Assembly: GCA_050115495.1 (NCBI GenBank)
Contig: JASFQK010000001.1
Location: 160,001 to 224,000 of the forward strand
DNA: 64,000 nucleotides
Direction of reading: 5' to 3'
Source of the DNA: Phycisphaerae bacterium
GTDB lineage: Bacteria; Planctomycetota; Phycisphaerae; UBA1845; Fen-1342
The translations under genes and the position numbers were made by a program. Numbering within the stretch: position 1 is the first letter of the stretch; the number at the start of each line of letters is the position of its first letter. The notes beneath the pieces were generated by a model, which saw only the letters and a program-made list of their open reading frames with translations, did no database searches and had not been told where the DNA came from. Shown here piece after piece: positions 29,539 through 39,416 of this stretch.

Positions 29539-29589
29539 TGATATCACACAATCATACTATCGACCAGTGAATATCACTTATTATGTGAT
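29539..29589 (-). promoter_or_regulatory. Toxin-antitoxin promoter/operator with clustered palindromes
   Basis: TGATATCA, GTGA-ATA-TCAC and ATCAC-N7-GTGAT; minus-strand TATGAT at 29551-29556. Confidence 0.55.
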
Positions 29590-29721
29590 TTTCAGGCTCC
29601 GCCGGGCGGGGCCATCGTTCTCGGTGTGTGACGTTGGGTGGCTGCCGCCAGCGCGGCCGACGGTGACGCCATCGGTCGCTTCTGTTACCGTGCGCGCGGT
29701 TGAGTTTGGCTGAGGTGGCGC

Positions 29722-30441
29722 GTGCGGAAGAATACGCTCAACTTCGTGGTGGATCTGGCGGCGCTGGTGGTCATGCTGGCGCTGGTGGCGACGGGGTTGC
29801 TGCTGTACTTCATTCTCGTGCCGGGCAGCCGGGGCGGACAGGGGCTGGCGCTGTGGGGATGGAGCCGACACGACTGGGGCGACCTGCACTTCTGGCTGTC
29901 GCTGAGCCTGCTGGCCCTCATCATCCTGCACGTCATCCTGCACTGGGACTGGGTGTGCTTCACGGTCCGGCGGTGGGTCAGCCCGGCGGCGGCGCGGACG
30001 TGCAAGATGTCCGTTGGGGCGCAATGGCTGTGGGGACTGGCGCTTACCGTGGCGGTGGTCGGGCTCGTCGGCGGTTTCCTCGGGCTGGCGGTGGCGAACC
30101 TGACGCGCGGGGCGGACGACGAGCACGGACATCTGAATAATCGTCGACCGGCGCAGAATACTGCCGAGCCCGGCGCCGGTCTCGCCACGGGTGAGGGCGC
30201 GGGCGGCGCGCACGATGCGGAAGAAATTCGCGGGTCGATGACGCTGCGGTCGGCGGCGGCGGTCGCCGGCGTCGATGTGGAGCTGCTGAAGCGGGAACTG
30301 GGGCTGCCGGCGAGCGTATCAGGCGAGGAGCGGCTCGGCCGACTGTGCAAGGATTACGGGCTGGAGATGTCCGCCATTCGGGCGGCGGTGAGCCGGCTGG
30401 CGAAATCTGGGTCTGAGTCGTCCGATAACAGCAAACCATAG
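29722..30441 (+). CDS. DUF4405-like His-containing membrane protein with C-terminal soluble domain
   Basis: RHDWGDLHFW...LHVILHWDW; three TM segments. Confidence 0.75.
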   Translation: MRKNTLNFVVDLAALVVMLALVATGLLLYFILVPGSRGGQGLALWGWSRHDWGDLHFWLSLSLLALIILHVILHWDWVCFTVRRWVSPAAARTCKMSVGAQWLWGLALTVAVVGLVGGFLGLAVANLTRGADDEHGHLNNRRPAQNTAEPGAGLATGEGAGGAHDAEEIRGSMTLRSAAAVAGVDVELLKRELGLPASVSGEERLGRLCKDYGLEMSAIRAAVSRLAKSGSESSDNSKP

Positions 30442-30563
30442 GACTTGCCGGGGTGTCAATAATGGGGGGAGCGGTATCAAAACGGGCGCCCGGCGCGCGT
30501 GGCGCAGGCTGGGTGCGGTACGTGGATTGCACGGACGATAAGGTCGGGACGGGAGGGGACAGC

Positions 30564-31757
30564 ATGTCCCTGGTCGGCTACCGTACAGTTTCGGAGGATG
30601 TTTCCCGGATGGCAGTGACACCCGGTACACAATCTGAGCAAACCTCGAAGGCGCGCGGCTGGGGCCGGCGGGTCGTGCCGGCGCTGCTGCTCGTCGTGGT
30701 CGCCGGCCTGGTGGGCGTCGTGGCGCTGATGCCGTCGGATCCGGCGCCGGTGCCGCCGGTGGTGGCCGTGCCGGTGAACGTGACGGTTGAAACGGTGGCG
30801 CTGGAGGACGTGAAGGACGCCCTGACGCTGACGGCGGTCGTGGAGCCGAACCGGGTGGTGCGGGTGGCGGCGGAAGTCGCCGGTCGGATCGAGCGCTATG
30901 GAGAAAGCACGTCGTCGGCCGGTGGCGAGAGCACGCCGCTGGTGGAGGGCGAGCAGGTTCAGAAGGGCCAGGCGATCATTCACCTGAACAAGGACCTGTT
31001 GCAGGCCCGCTATGACCAGGCGCTGGCCCAGGCCGACTACGATGACCGCGAGTATCAGCGGCAGCTCGATCTGTACGAGCGGGCCGTGGGGTCGAAGACC
31101 GAGCTGGATGATGCGCGGACGCGGCGGGAAGTGAGCCGCGCAGCGCTGGAGGGAACCGAGCACGAACTGGCCCGGACGACGATCTGCGCGCCGCAGGCCG
31201 GCGTGCTGAACAAGCTGCCGCGGGAGGTGGGCGAGTACGTCACTCCCGGGGACGAAGTCGCCGAGATCGTCGAAGTGGACACGGTAAAGGTGGTGGTGAA
31301 CGTTCCGGAGCGGGACGTGCGCTGCTTCCAGGTGGGGCAGGAGGCGGAGCTGGTGCCGTTCGTGGAGGGGCAGGCGGCGCTCGTGGGCGAGATCACGTAC
31401 GTCAGCGCCCTGGCGGACGAGGGTACACGGACGACGCGACTGGAGATCACCGCGGACAACCGTAAGGGCCTGTTGCGCAGCGGGCAGATCATCAACGCCC
31501 GGCTGATTCGCCAGCAGATTCCGGGCACGATCATGATTCCGCTGGCGGCGGTGATTCCGCTGGAGGTGGGGCATGTCGTGTACGTGGTGAACGACGAACA
31601 CGCCGAGCGGCGGGACGTGGTGCTGGGCCTGCTCCAGGGCCGGCGGGTGCAGGTGTTGAGCGGGCTGGCTCCGGGCGATCGGCTGATCGTGGCCGGGCAT
31701 CGCTACGTGGGTCCCGGGCAGCCAGTGGACATCGTTGACGCCGAGCCTACACCGTGA
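30564..31757 (+). CDS. RND efflux periplasmic adaptor (membrane fusion protein)
   Basis: AEVAGRI, ICAPQAG, VGEYVTPG, TRTTRLEI, GLAPGDRLI; start 30564 or 30609. Confidence 0.92.
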   Translation: MSLVGYRTVSEDVSRMAVTPGTQSEQTSKARGWGRRVVPALLLVVVAGLVGVVALMPSDPAPVPPVVAVPVNVTVETVALEDVKDALTLTAVVEPNRVVRVAAEVAGRIERYGESTSSAGGESTPLVEGEQVQKGQAIIHLNKDLLQARYDQALAQADYDDREYQRQLDLYERAVGSKTELDDARTRREVSRAALEGTEHELARTTICAPQAGVLNKLPREVGEYVTPGDEVAEIVEVDTVKVVVNVPERDVRCFQVGQEAELVPFVEGQAALVGEITYVSALADEGTRTTRLEITADNRKGLLRSGQIINARLIRQQIPGTIMIPLAAVIPLEVGHVVYVVNDEHAERRDVVLGLLQGRRVQVLSGLAPGDRLIVAGHRYVGPGQPVDIVDAEPTP

Positions 31758-34700
31758 TTCTCTCCGACGCAGCCATTGGCAATCGTACGACGGTCGGCGT
31801 GCTGAGCGCCGTGATCTTCATATTCGGTGTGTACAGCTACATCGTGCTGCCGCGCGAGTCGTCACCGGATGTGCCGGTGCCGTACATCGTGGTGACGACG
31901 GTGTACGAAGGGGTGGCGCCCGAGGACATCGAATCGTCGGTCACGATCAAGATCGAGAAGGAGCTGGGTGGGCTCAAGGGGGTGAAGGAAATCACCTCGT
32001 CGAGCGCCGAAGGTGCCTCGATCATCGTTATCGAGTTCCTGCCGGACGTGAAGATCGACGACGCGATGCAGTACGTGCGGGACAAGCTCGACGTGGCCAA
32101 GGGCGAATTGCCGCAGGACGCCGAAGAGCCGGTCCTGACCGAGATCAATATTGCCGAGTTCCCGATTCTGATGGTCAGCATCTCCGGGACCGTATCGCCG
32201 GTGCGGCTGAAGACGATTGCCGACCGCCTGGAGGATGCGGTTGAGGCGCTGCCGGGAGTGCTCAACTGCGACGTGCTGGGGGCGCTGGAGCGGGAGATCC
32301 GGGTCGAGATCGACCAGGACAAGCTGGCGGCGTACGGGCTGACCATCCCCGAGATCATGAACCTGATCCCGGCGGAGAACGTGAACATCTCCGCCGGCGG
32401 CCTGGAGACGCCGGGCACGAAGTTCAACGTGCGCGTGCCGGCGGAGTTCGTGGATCCGGCGGAGGTGGACACGCTGATCCTGGCGACGCGCGGGGGCCGG
32501 CCGATCTACCTGACGGACGTGGGCCGGGTGCACGACACGTTCAAGGACCGCGCGGCGTTTTCGCGGCTGGACGGGCAGGAGAGCATCACGGTCACCGTGC
32601 AGAAGCGGGTGGGCGAGAACATCCTGGCGGTCGCCGAGTCGGTGAAGGCGGTGCTGGTCGAGTTTAGGAAGCGGCTGCCGGCGGGCGTGAAGTTCGAGAT
32701 CACGCTGGACCAGTCCGACGACACGCGGATGATGGTCAGCGATCTGGAGAACAACCTGCTGTCGGGGCTCATCCTGGTGATCGCGGTGCTGCTGGTGTCG
32801 CTGGGCTGGCGGCCGAGCCTGATCGTGGGGCTGGCGATTCCGGCGAGCATGCTGCTGAGCGTGACGGTCCTATACGCCCTGGGCTACACGCTGAACATGG
32901 TCGTGCTGTTCGGGCTGATCATGGGCCTGGGCATGCTGGTCGACAACGCCATCGTGATCGTGGAGAACGTCTACCGGCACTACCAGCTTACCGGCCGGCG
33001 GCTGCACGCGGCGCGGGTGGGTACGAGCGAGGTGGCCTGGCCGGTGATCACCTCGACGGCGACGACGGTGGCGGCGTTCGTGCCGCTGATCTTCTGGCCG
33101 GGAATCATGGGCGGGTTCATGAAGTACCTGCCCATCACGCTGATTATCACGCTGATCAGCTCGCTGTTCGTGGCGATGGTGATCAGTCCGACGCTGGCGT
33201 CCGTTTTTGTCCATGGGCGCCTGCGGGACGTGTCGCAGGAGAGCTGGATCATCCGCGGCTATCGCCGGGTGTTGGAGGGGGCGCTGGCCCATCGCTTCAC
33301 GACGCTGGCGGTGGCGGTGATGCTGCTGGCCGGGCTGGGCATGCTGTACGGGAAGCTGGGGCACGGCGTGGAGCTGTTCCCCGACTTCGACCCGCGGCGG
33401 GCCCTGGTGAACCTGCGTTTCCCGCAGGGCACGAACATCCATGAGACCGACCGCGTGGCCCGCATCGTCGAGGAGCGGCTCCAGCCCTACCTGGACAGCG
33501 GCGAGCTGAAGCGGATCATCGCCAATGTTGGCGGCGCCGGCGGTGGTGATCCCGCTGAGGGTAACTCGAGCGGGCCGCACGTCGGCTGGATCACGCTGGT
33601 CTTCCAGGATTACGAGGACCGGAAGCGGCCGTCGGCGGAGGTCGTGGCCGAGATTCGGGAGAAGCTGACCGACCTGGCTGGTGTGGAGGTCAAGGTCGAG
33701 AAGGAAAAGGAAGGGCCGCCGACGGGAGCACCGGTAATGGTGCGCCTCATCGGTGAGGACTTCGAGATGCTGGAGCAGCTCAGCGGGCAGGCGCGGCAGA
33801 TGATCGCCGACGTGTCGGGGCTGGTGAACCTGCGCAGCGATCTGGAGGCGGCGCGGCCGGAGCTGGCCTTCCGCGTGGATCGCCGGCGGGCGACGCTGCT
33901 GGGCGTGAACACGGCGGTGGTGGGGAACTTCCTGAAGACGGCGGTGTTCGGTTCTGAGGTGGGCAAGTATCGGCAGTTCAACGACGAGTACGACATCACC
34001 GTGCGCCTGCCGGAGCGCCAGCGGCGGTCGATCGACGATTTGCTGCGGCTACATGTGCCCAACCAGTACGGCCAGGCGGTTCCACTGAGCTCGCTGGGCG
34101 AGTTCGAGTATCGCGGCGGCTTCGGCACGATCCGCCGGGTGAACCAGAAGCGGGTGATCACGCTGAGCGCGGATACGGAGAAGCGGCAGTCGAACGAGGT
34201 GTTGGCGGACGTTCAGGAGCGGCTGGCCGGGCTTGAGCTGCCGATGGGCTATCACCTGGAGTACGCCGGCGAGAAGGAAGAGCAGGACGAGGCGGCGGCG
34301 TTCCTGAGCAAGGCGTTCGTCGTGGCCCTGTTCCTGATCGTGCTGATTCTGGTGGCGCAGTTCAACACGCTGGTGGTGCCGTTCATCATCATGACGACGG
34401 TGGTTCTGTCGCTGGTGGGCGTCTTCGCCGGCCTGATTATCTGCTCCATGCCGTTTGGCATCATCATGACGGGCGTGGGCGGGATCAGCCTGGCGGGCGT
34501 CGTGGTGAACAACGCCATCGTGCTGCTGGACTACACACGACTGTTGCAGGGGCAGGGTATGGCCCTGGTGCCGGCGGCGGTGCAGGCCGGCGCGACGCGA
34601 TTGCGGCCGGTGTTCCTGACGGCGGTCACGACGATTCTCGGACTGATCCCGATGGCGGTCGGCGTCAGCTACGATTTCCACGAGATGGCCTGGGCGACGC

Positions 34701-34882
34701 GCAGCGAATCGAGCCAGTGGTGGGCGAGCATGGCGATCGCGGTTATTTTCGGGCTGGCCTTCGCGACGCTGCTGACGTTGTTGGTGGTGCCCACGCTGTA
34801 TGTGAGCATCGCCCGGGTCCGCGAACGCCTGGGCTGGGGGCAGGCGCTGGAGGATGCGGAGCCGGCGGTGGCAGTGGAGTAG
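31754..34882 (+). CDS. RND efflux permease (AcrB/AcrD/AcrF family)
   Basis: 1042 aa; GMLVDNAIVIVEN, GVVVNNAIVL, RLRPVFLT. Confidence 0.95.
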   Translation: MILSDAAIGNRTTVGVLSAVIFIFGVYSYIVLPRESSPDVPVPYIVVTTVYEGVAPEDIESSVTIKIEKELGGLKGVKEITSSSAEGASIIVIEFLPDVKIDDAMQYVRDKLDVAKGELPQDAEEPVLTEINIAEFPILMVSISGTVSPVRLKTIADRLEDAVEALPGVLNCDVLGALEREIRVEIDQDKLAAYGLTIPEIMNLIPAENVNISAGGLETPGTKFNVRVPAEFVDPAEVDTLILATRGGRPIYLTDVGRVHDTFKDRAAFSRLDGQESITVTVQKRVGENILAVAESVKAVLVEFRKRLPAGVKFEITLDQSDDTRMMVSDLENNLLSGLILVIAVLLVSLGWRPSLIVGLAIPASMLLSVTVLYALGYTLNMVVLFGLIMGLGMLVDNAIVIVENVYRHYQLTGRRLHAARVGTSEVAWPVITSTATTVAAFVPLIFWPGIMGGFMKYLPITLIITLISSLFVAMVISPTLASVFVHGRLRDVSQESWIIRGYRRVLEGALAHRFTTLAVAVMLLAGLGMLYGKLGHGVELFPDFDPRRALVNLRFPQGTNIHETDRVARIVEERLQPYLDSGELKRIIANVGGAGGGDPAEGNSSGPHVGWITLVFQDYEDRKRPSAEVVAEIREKLTDLAGVEVKVEKEKEGPPTGAPVMVRLIGEDFEMLEQLSGQARQMIADVSGLVNLRSDLEAARPELAFRVDRRRATLLGVNTAVVGNFLKTAVFGSEVGKYRQFNDEYDITVRLPERQRRSIDDLLRLHVPNQYGQAVPLSSLGEFEYRGGFGTIRRVNQKRVITLSADTEKRQSNEVLADVQERLAGLELPMGYHLEYAGEKEEQDEAAAFLSKAFVVALFLIVLILVAQFNTLVVPFIIMTTVVLSLVGVFAGLIICSMPFGIIMTGVGGISLAGVVVNNAIVLLDYTRLLQGQGMALVPAAVQAGATRLRPVFLTAVTTILGLIPMAVGVSYDFHEMAWATRSESSQWWASMAIAVIFGLAFATLLTLLVVPTLYVSIARVRERLGWGQALEDAEPAVAVE

Positions 34883-34979
34883 GGCCGCGAGCAAACTTGG
34901 AATCGACGGGGGTGTTTCGCTATAGTGGGGGTTGGTCTTGCGCGTGAATCTCAGTCTGCGCGGAGAGGAGAACGGCGTC

Positions 34980-35837
34980 ATGAAACGACGAGCGGTAGCG
35001 GTATGGATGGGCGTGTTGCTGTTGGCGCCGGCCTGGGCGGCGCCGGCACCGATCGTGGTGCCGATGAACCAGAGCCAGTCGGTGCTGAACTTCGAACTGT
35101 GCATCGCCGACTCGTGCAGCAGCGATTCCTCGAGCGTGGCCGGGTCGGTGACGATCGGCCTGGACGATTATCAGCAGCCGTCGCAGATCTGGCTGTACGA
35201 TTTCGACCTGCAACTCGCGGAGAGCCTGCACTGGTCGATCAGTTGGGGCTTCCTGGGCAGCTTCACGGCCGACGCCACGGGGGCGGCGCTGACCTACGCC
35301 TATCCCGGCACGCCGCTCGGGCCGGGGGCCATCGTCGGTGACCAGTTCACGCTGCTCGACGTGCCGGCGAACGCCGAGGGAACGCTGACGTATCATGCGT
35401 CGGGAGTCCCCTGCTGGGCCCTGGAGGGGGCCAGCATGCCCTGCGACGACACGCGTGATCTGAGCGAGGGTGGCACGCAGGTCGCCGACGAGTTCGCCGG
35501 TACGGTGACCGTGCAGGATTACGTCGTCACGTTGTCGACGTCGCTCGATCTGATGGTGCCGCTCATCCCGGAGCAGCCCGACGTGGCGACGCTGCATGTG
35601 TGGGGGACGGTGCGCGGGCAGGCGGAGCTTCCGCCGCCGGCGCTGGGCGACATGAATGATGATGGGGCGGTGAACAACTTCGACATTGCCCCGTTCGTGT
35701 TTGCCCTGACGCATACGGAAGCGGAATTCCTGGCGCAGTATCCGGGCGGCTGCTACGCGTGTGCCGATGTGAACGACGACGGCGACGTGAACAACTTCGA
35801 TATCGGCCCGTTCGTGGCCCTGCTCACGGACAAGTAA
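34980..35837 (+). CDS. Secreted protein with C-terminal dockerin-like double Ca-binding repeat
   Basis: Signal peptide ending AWA; GDMNDDGAVNNFDI and ADVNDDGDVNNFDI. Confidence 0.8.
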   Translation: MKRRAVAVWMGVLLLAPAWAAPAPIVVPMNQSQSVLNFELCIADSCSSDSSSVAGSVTIGLDDYQQPSQIWLYDFDLQLAESLHWSISWGFLGSFTADATGAALTYAYPGTPLGPGAIVGDQFTLLDVPANAEGTLTYHASGVPCWALEGASMPCDDTRDLSEGGTQVADEFAGTVTVQDYVVTLSTSLDLMVPLIPEQPDVATLHVWGTVRGQAELPPPALGDMNDDGAVNNFDIAPFVFALTHTEAEFLAQYPGGCYACADVNDDGDVNNFDIGPFVALLTDK

Positions 35838-35950
35838 GCGGCGGGGACGACAGACAGCTCACTGGCCGCGCAAAGACACAGCGCCGGGCGAGGTCGCCCG
35901 GCGCTGCACCGCTGTCCCTCCTCACATGAACCGTTCGCGCCGCTAGTCGT

Positions 35951-37075
35951 CTACGCCTTCGGCGGGACGACGCGGACCCAACCGTGCGGGTCCGGGGCGT
36001 CGCCACACTGAATGGCGGTAAGGCGCTCGTAGAGCTTCACGCAATTGGCGCCGGGCTGGCCGTCCTTCGAGTAGACGACCTTGCGGTCGTGCCAGGTGAT
36101 CGAGCCGACGGGCGTGATCACCGCGGCGGTGCCGCAGCAGCCGGCTTCCTTGAACTCGAAGATCTCCTCCACCGGGATCGGGCGCCGCACGGGACGCAGG
36201 CCCATCTCGTCGGCGAGCGTGACGAGCGACTTGTTGGTGATGGACGGGAGGATCGACGGACTCTCGGGCGTTACGTACTGGTTGTCCTGAGTGATGCCGA
36301 AGAAGTTGGCCGGGCCGGACTCGTCGATGTACTTCTTCTCGCGGGCGTCGAGGTACAGCACCTCGGTATAGCCCTTGGCGCGGGCGGCCATACTGGCCCG
36401 CAGGCCAGCCGCGTAGTTACCGCCGACCTTGACGTCGCCGACACCCTCGGGCGCAGCACGGTCGACGTGGTCCTCGACGATGAGGTTCACCGGCTTGAAG
36501 CCCGTCTTGAAGTAGGGCCCGACCGGCGTGACGAAGACGAGGAACATGTACTCGGTGGCCGGCTTGACGCCGACCTCTGCCCCGGTGCCGATGACCAGCG
36601 GCCGGATGTAGAGGCTCGCACCGTGGCCGTACGGCGGCACGAAGCGGCGGTTGGCGTTGATCGTGCGGAAGACGGCTTCGAGGAAGAGCTCTTCGGGCGG
36701 GGCCTCCATGTGGATCTTGCGACAGGAGCGAATCAGGCGCTTGGCGCTTTCGTCGGGGCGGAAGACGACCACGTCGCCGGCCTTGGTCTCGTAGGCCTTG
36801 AGGCCCTCGAAACACTGCTGCCCGTAGTGCAGGCAGGTGGCGGCGATGTGCACGGGCATGGTCTCGTCACCGGTCAGCACGCCGCCGTCCCAGTGCCCGT
36901 CCTTCCACGTATAACGCGCATGCTGATCGGTCTTCAGGTAACCGAACGGCAGGCTGGCCCAGTCCAAATCCGCTTTCGTCATGTGTACTTCTCCGCTGCC
37001 GTCATGGCCGGGCGGCACCGGTTCGACCTTTTCTTCGTACCGCCGCGCTGCTCCGGCCGAGGTTAGCTTGGTCAT
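35951..37075 (-). CDS. ilvE: Branched-chain amino acid aminotransferase; alternative start at 36982
   Basis: LHYGQQCFEGLKAY, LYIRP, KVGGNY, ILPSIT, GTAAVITPV. Confidence 0.95.
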   Translation of the reverse strand: MTKLTSAGAARRYEEKVEPVPPGHDGSGEVHMTKADLDWASLPFGYLKTDQHARYTWKDGHWDGGVLTGDETMPVHIAATCLHYGQQCFEGLKAYETKAGDVVVFRPDESAKRLIRSCRKIHMEAPPEELFLEAVFRTINANRRFVPPYGHGASLYIRPLVIGTGAEVGVKPATEYMFLVFVTPVGPYFKTGFKPVNLIVEDHVDRAAPEGVGDVKVGGNYAAGLRASMAARAKGYTEVLYLDAREKKYIDESGPANFFGITQDNQYVTPESPSILPSITNKSLVTLADEMGLRPVRRPIPVEEIFEFKEAGCCGTAAVITPVGSITWHDRKVVYSKDGQPGANCVKLYERLTAIQCGDAPDPHGWVRVVPPKA

Positions 37076-37245
37076 GTTAACGCCTCCTACAGGCTACACA
37101 ATGGCGAGCCGCACCGGCGCAGCAACCACCCGTGGTCGGCGCGGCTAGCTCTTGGTTCTAACTGTACTTGCAGCACCCCCCGGTGTGTGTCGTGCATCGG
37201 CGCGGAGGCCGCTGGTCGTTCCACCTGGCACCTCACGTTAACTGG

Positions 37246-37274
37246 ATTTTGACAGATGCACGGGGGGATTTCAA
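37246..37274 (-). promoter_or_regulatory. Candidate sigma70 promoter for ilvE
   Basis: TTGAAA-N17-CAAAAT on the minus strand. Confidence 0.45.
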
Positions 37275-37327
37275 CCCGCGCCGGCGGGTGGCGCAGGCCG
37301 ATAATCGTGCGCAATAGAGCGTTACAC

Positions 37328-37915
37328 CTAGGGCGCGGAGTGCACGCGCGACTCTGTCGGCCGGCCCTCGTCCGCCGGCTGCGTGGCCGTCGGGGCGAGG
37401 TCGGCGGCGTAACGGCGTTTGAAGGTTCGCCACTCGGCGGCGGCGGGCGAGAGGACGGCGTCGCCTTCGATGCGCGTGCCGTCGCTGCATTGCACATCGA
37501 GCGTCAGCTTCCAGCGGTGGCGGGCCAACCAAGCCGGGCGGATGCACACTTCGCCGCCGGTGAAGACGGTCTTGCCGCGCCGGGCGCCGACGGCCTGGAT
37601 GAGGAAGCCCTGCACGCCGCCGGGACCGTGCTCGTCGACCGGGTACGTCCCTTCGCCGGGAGGCGTGGCGAGATGGACGAGGAAGTCGCGCGGGCCATCC
37701 TTCGCTCCCGGGAGCGGGAAGGCCAGCAGGACCTGCCGGCGGCCGTTGTCGTCCGCGCAGTAGCTCCAGTCGCTGGCGATCTCGAGGTGTTGTTGCGCGG
37801 GCGGGGCCGTCGGTTGATGCAGCACCAGGCGGGCCCGCGGCGCGCAGCCGGCGGAGGCGGCCAGCAGCAGGCTCAGTCCGGCGACGAGGATCGGTCGGTG
37901 ATGAGTGAGTTGCAT
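37328..37915 (-). CDS. Hypothetical lipoprotein
   Basis: Signal LSLLLAASAGC. Confidence 0.65.
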   Translation of the reverse strand: MQLTHHRPILVAGLSLLLAASAGCAPRARLVLHQPTAPPAQQHLEIASDWSYCADDNGRRQVLLAFPLPGAKDGPRDFLVHLATPPGEGTYPVDEHGPGGVQGFLIQAVGARRGKTVFTGGEVCIRPAWLARHRWKLTLDVQCSDGTRIEGDAVLSPAAAEWRTFKRRYAADLAPTATQPADEGRPTESRVHSAP

Positions 37916-38059
37916 GCGGTCAGGATAGGCGCAGGCGGCCGCGATGGCCAGATGTCGGCGGCGCTCGCGGGTCGGCGGTCGGGGGATCGGCTATACTGCC
38001 GCCGGTGGGGAGCGAGCCGACCCGGTCTGCGCCGGGTGGCGAAGAACAAGGAGTTGAGC

Positions 38060-39403
38060 ATGTTGAACGCACCGGCCCGCAGCGCGTGGTGCTGCGCTTG
38101 CATCATGTTGGTTCTGGCGATCGTGACGGCGGCAGGGGCCGGGGAGCCGCAGTCACGCGTGCTGCTGCTGGTGGACGAGTCGATCTATCCCGAGATCAAG
38201 GATGGGCTGGCGACGTACATCGGCCACGTGGAAAGCGAGTTCGACGTGAAGCTCACGCCGGTGGTGGAGGCGTTCTACGAGCAGGATCCGTCGGCGATTC
38301 GGGCCATGCTGCGCAAGGAGTACGCCGCCGCCGGTCCGAAGCTGGTCGGGGCGATCATGGTCGGGCCGATTCCGTACGCGTTGCGGGGCGATCCGGCGGA
38401 GATCGTGATCCCGGCGCCGCTGTACTACGAGGATTTCGACGCGGAATACGAGGACGCGAACGGCGACGGCGTCTTTGAGGATGGCGAGATCAAGAACGAT
38501 CGCGTGAACAACCCGACGGAGATCTGGACGGCGTGGTGGGTGCCGCCGGCGAACGACGGGCCGACGCAGGTGAAGCTGCTCAAGGACTGGCTGGTCAAGC
38601 TGGATCGGTACTACCGGGGCGAGATCGTGGGTCGCGACCAGATGTTGTGGCTGGTCGGGAACGTGATGAACGTCGAGGTGTGCGAGGGGTGGACGGTGCT
38701 GCTGAAGGACACGATGCAGCCGCTTGCGCAGAAGGTGTACATCTGGTGCCGCATCGGGCAGGACGAGGGTACCTTCCGCCCGTACAAGCGGTACGACGAG
38801 TTCGGCCCGCGCGATCTCATCCGGGCCTTCACGCTGCGGCCGTGGCAGCACTGCCACATCAGCGCCCACGGCAATCAGCGCGGCTGGTACTGGGACCACA
38901 CGGGCGTGGTCGCGGCGCGGCGGACGGACGGCCAGCCGGAAGCGACCGTGCTGCTCGACGTGGCGACGCTCGACGGCACGGCGGCGAACATCGTGACCAC
39001 GTCCGGCTGCGGCAACGGCAACTTCCGCGGCGACTATCACACGGTGGCCTACGACCGCAGCATGGGCAACCAGCTTCTGTTCTCGCCGCACACCGTGACG
39101 ATCGCGTACTACGGGGCGGCGTCGCCGCAGTCGACGAGCGGTTTCGCGGGTTATCTCACCGAGCTGGTGGAATCGCTGAAGAGCGACGGGGGGAGCTACC
39201 TGGCGGAGGGGTACTACAAGATGCGCAACCACGATTACTCATGGGGGACGCAGCACTACTTCTTCCGCGGGGGCGATGAGAAGATCCTCAGCGGCGATCC
39301 GTTCGCCCGCTATCGCGACAGCGCGCCGCCGACGGCGGAGGAGCAGGCGGCGATCCAGGCGAAGATCGATGAGGCGAGGTGGGAGACGGCCGGACCCTGG
39401 TAG
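38060..39403 (+). CDS. Secreted protein with probable C25 (gingipain)/caspase-like His-Cys fold
   Basis: AGGAG ribosome-binding site; signal peptide; GAIMVGPIP, SAHGN, SGCGNG. Confidence 0.6.
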   Translation: MLNAPARSAWCCACIMLVLAIVTAAGAGEPQSRVLLLVDESIYPEIKDGLATYIGHVESEFDVKLTPVVEAFYEQDPSAIRAMLRKEYAAAGPKLVGAIMVGPIPYALRGDPAEIVIPAPLYYEDFDAEYEDANGDGVFEDGEIKNDRVNNPTEIWTAWWVPPANDGPTQVKLLKDWLVKLDRYYRGEIVGRDQMLWLVGNVMNVEVCEGWTVLLKDTMQPLAQKVYIWCRIGQDEGTFRPYKRYDEFGPRDLIRAFTLRPWQHCHISAHGNQRGWYWDHTGVVAARRTDGQPEATVLLDVATLDGTAANIVTTSGCGNGNFRGDYHTVAYDRSMGNQLLFSPHTVTIAYYGAASPQSTSGFAGYLTELVESLKSDGGSYLAEGYYKMRNHDYSWGTQHYFFRGGDEKILSGDPFARYRDSAPPTAEEQAAIQAKIDEARWETAGPW

Positions 39404-39416
39404 GCGCGGCGCAGCG

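Noticed and set aside
35645..35837. Dockerin-like repeat as evidence of a cellulosome
   Set aside because: No cohesin or glycoside hydrolase nearby; such repeats are common on secreted planctomycete proteins
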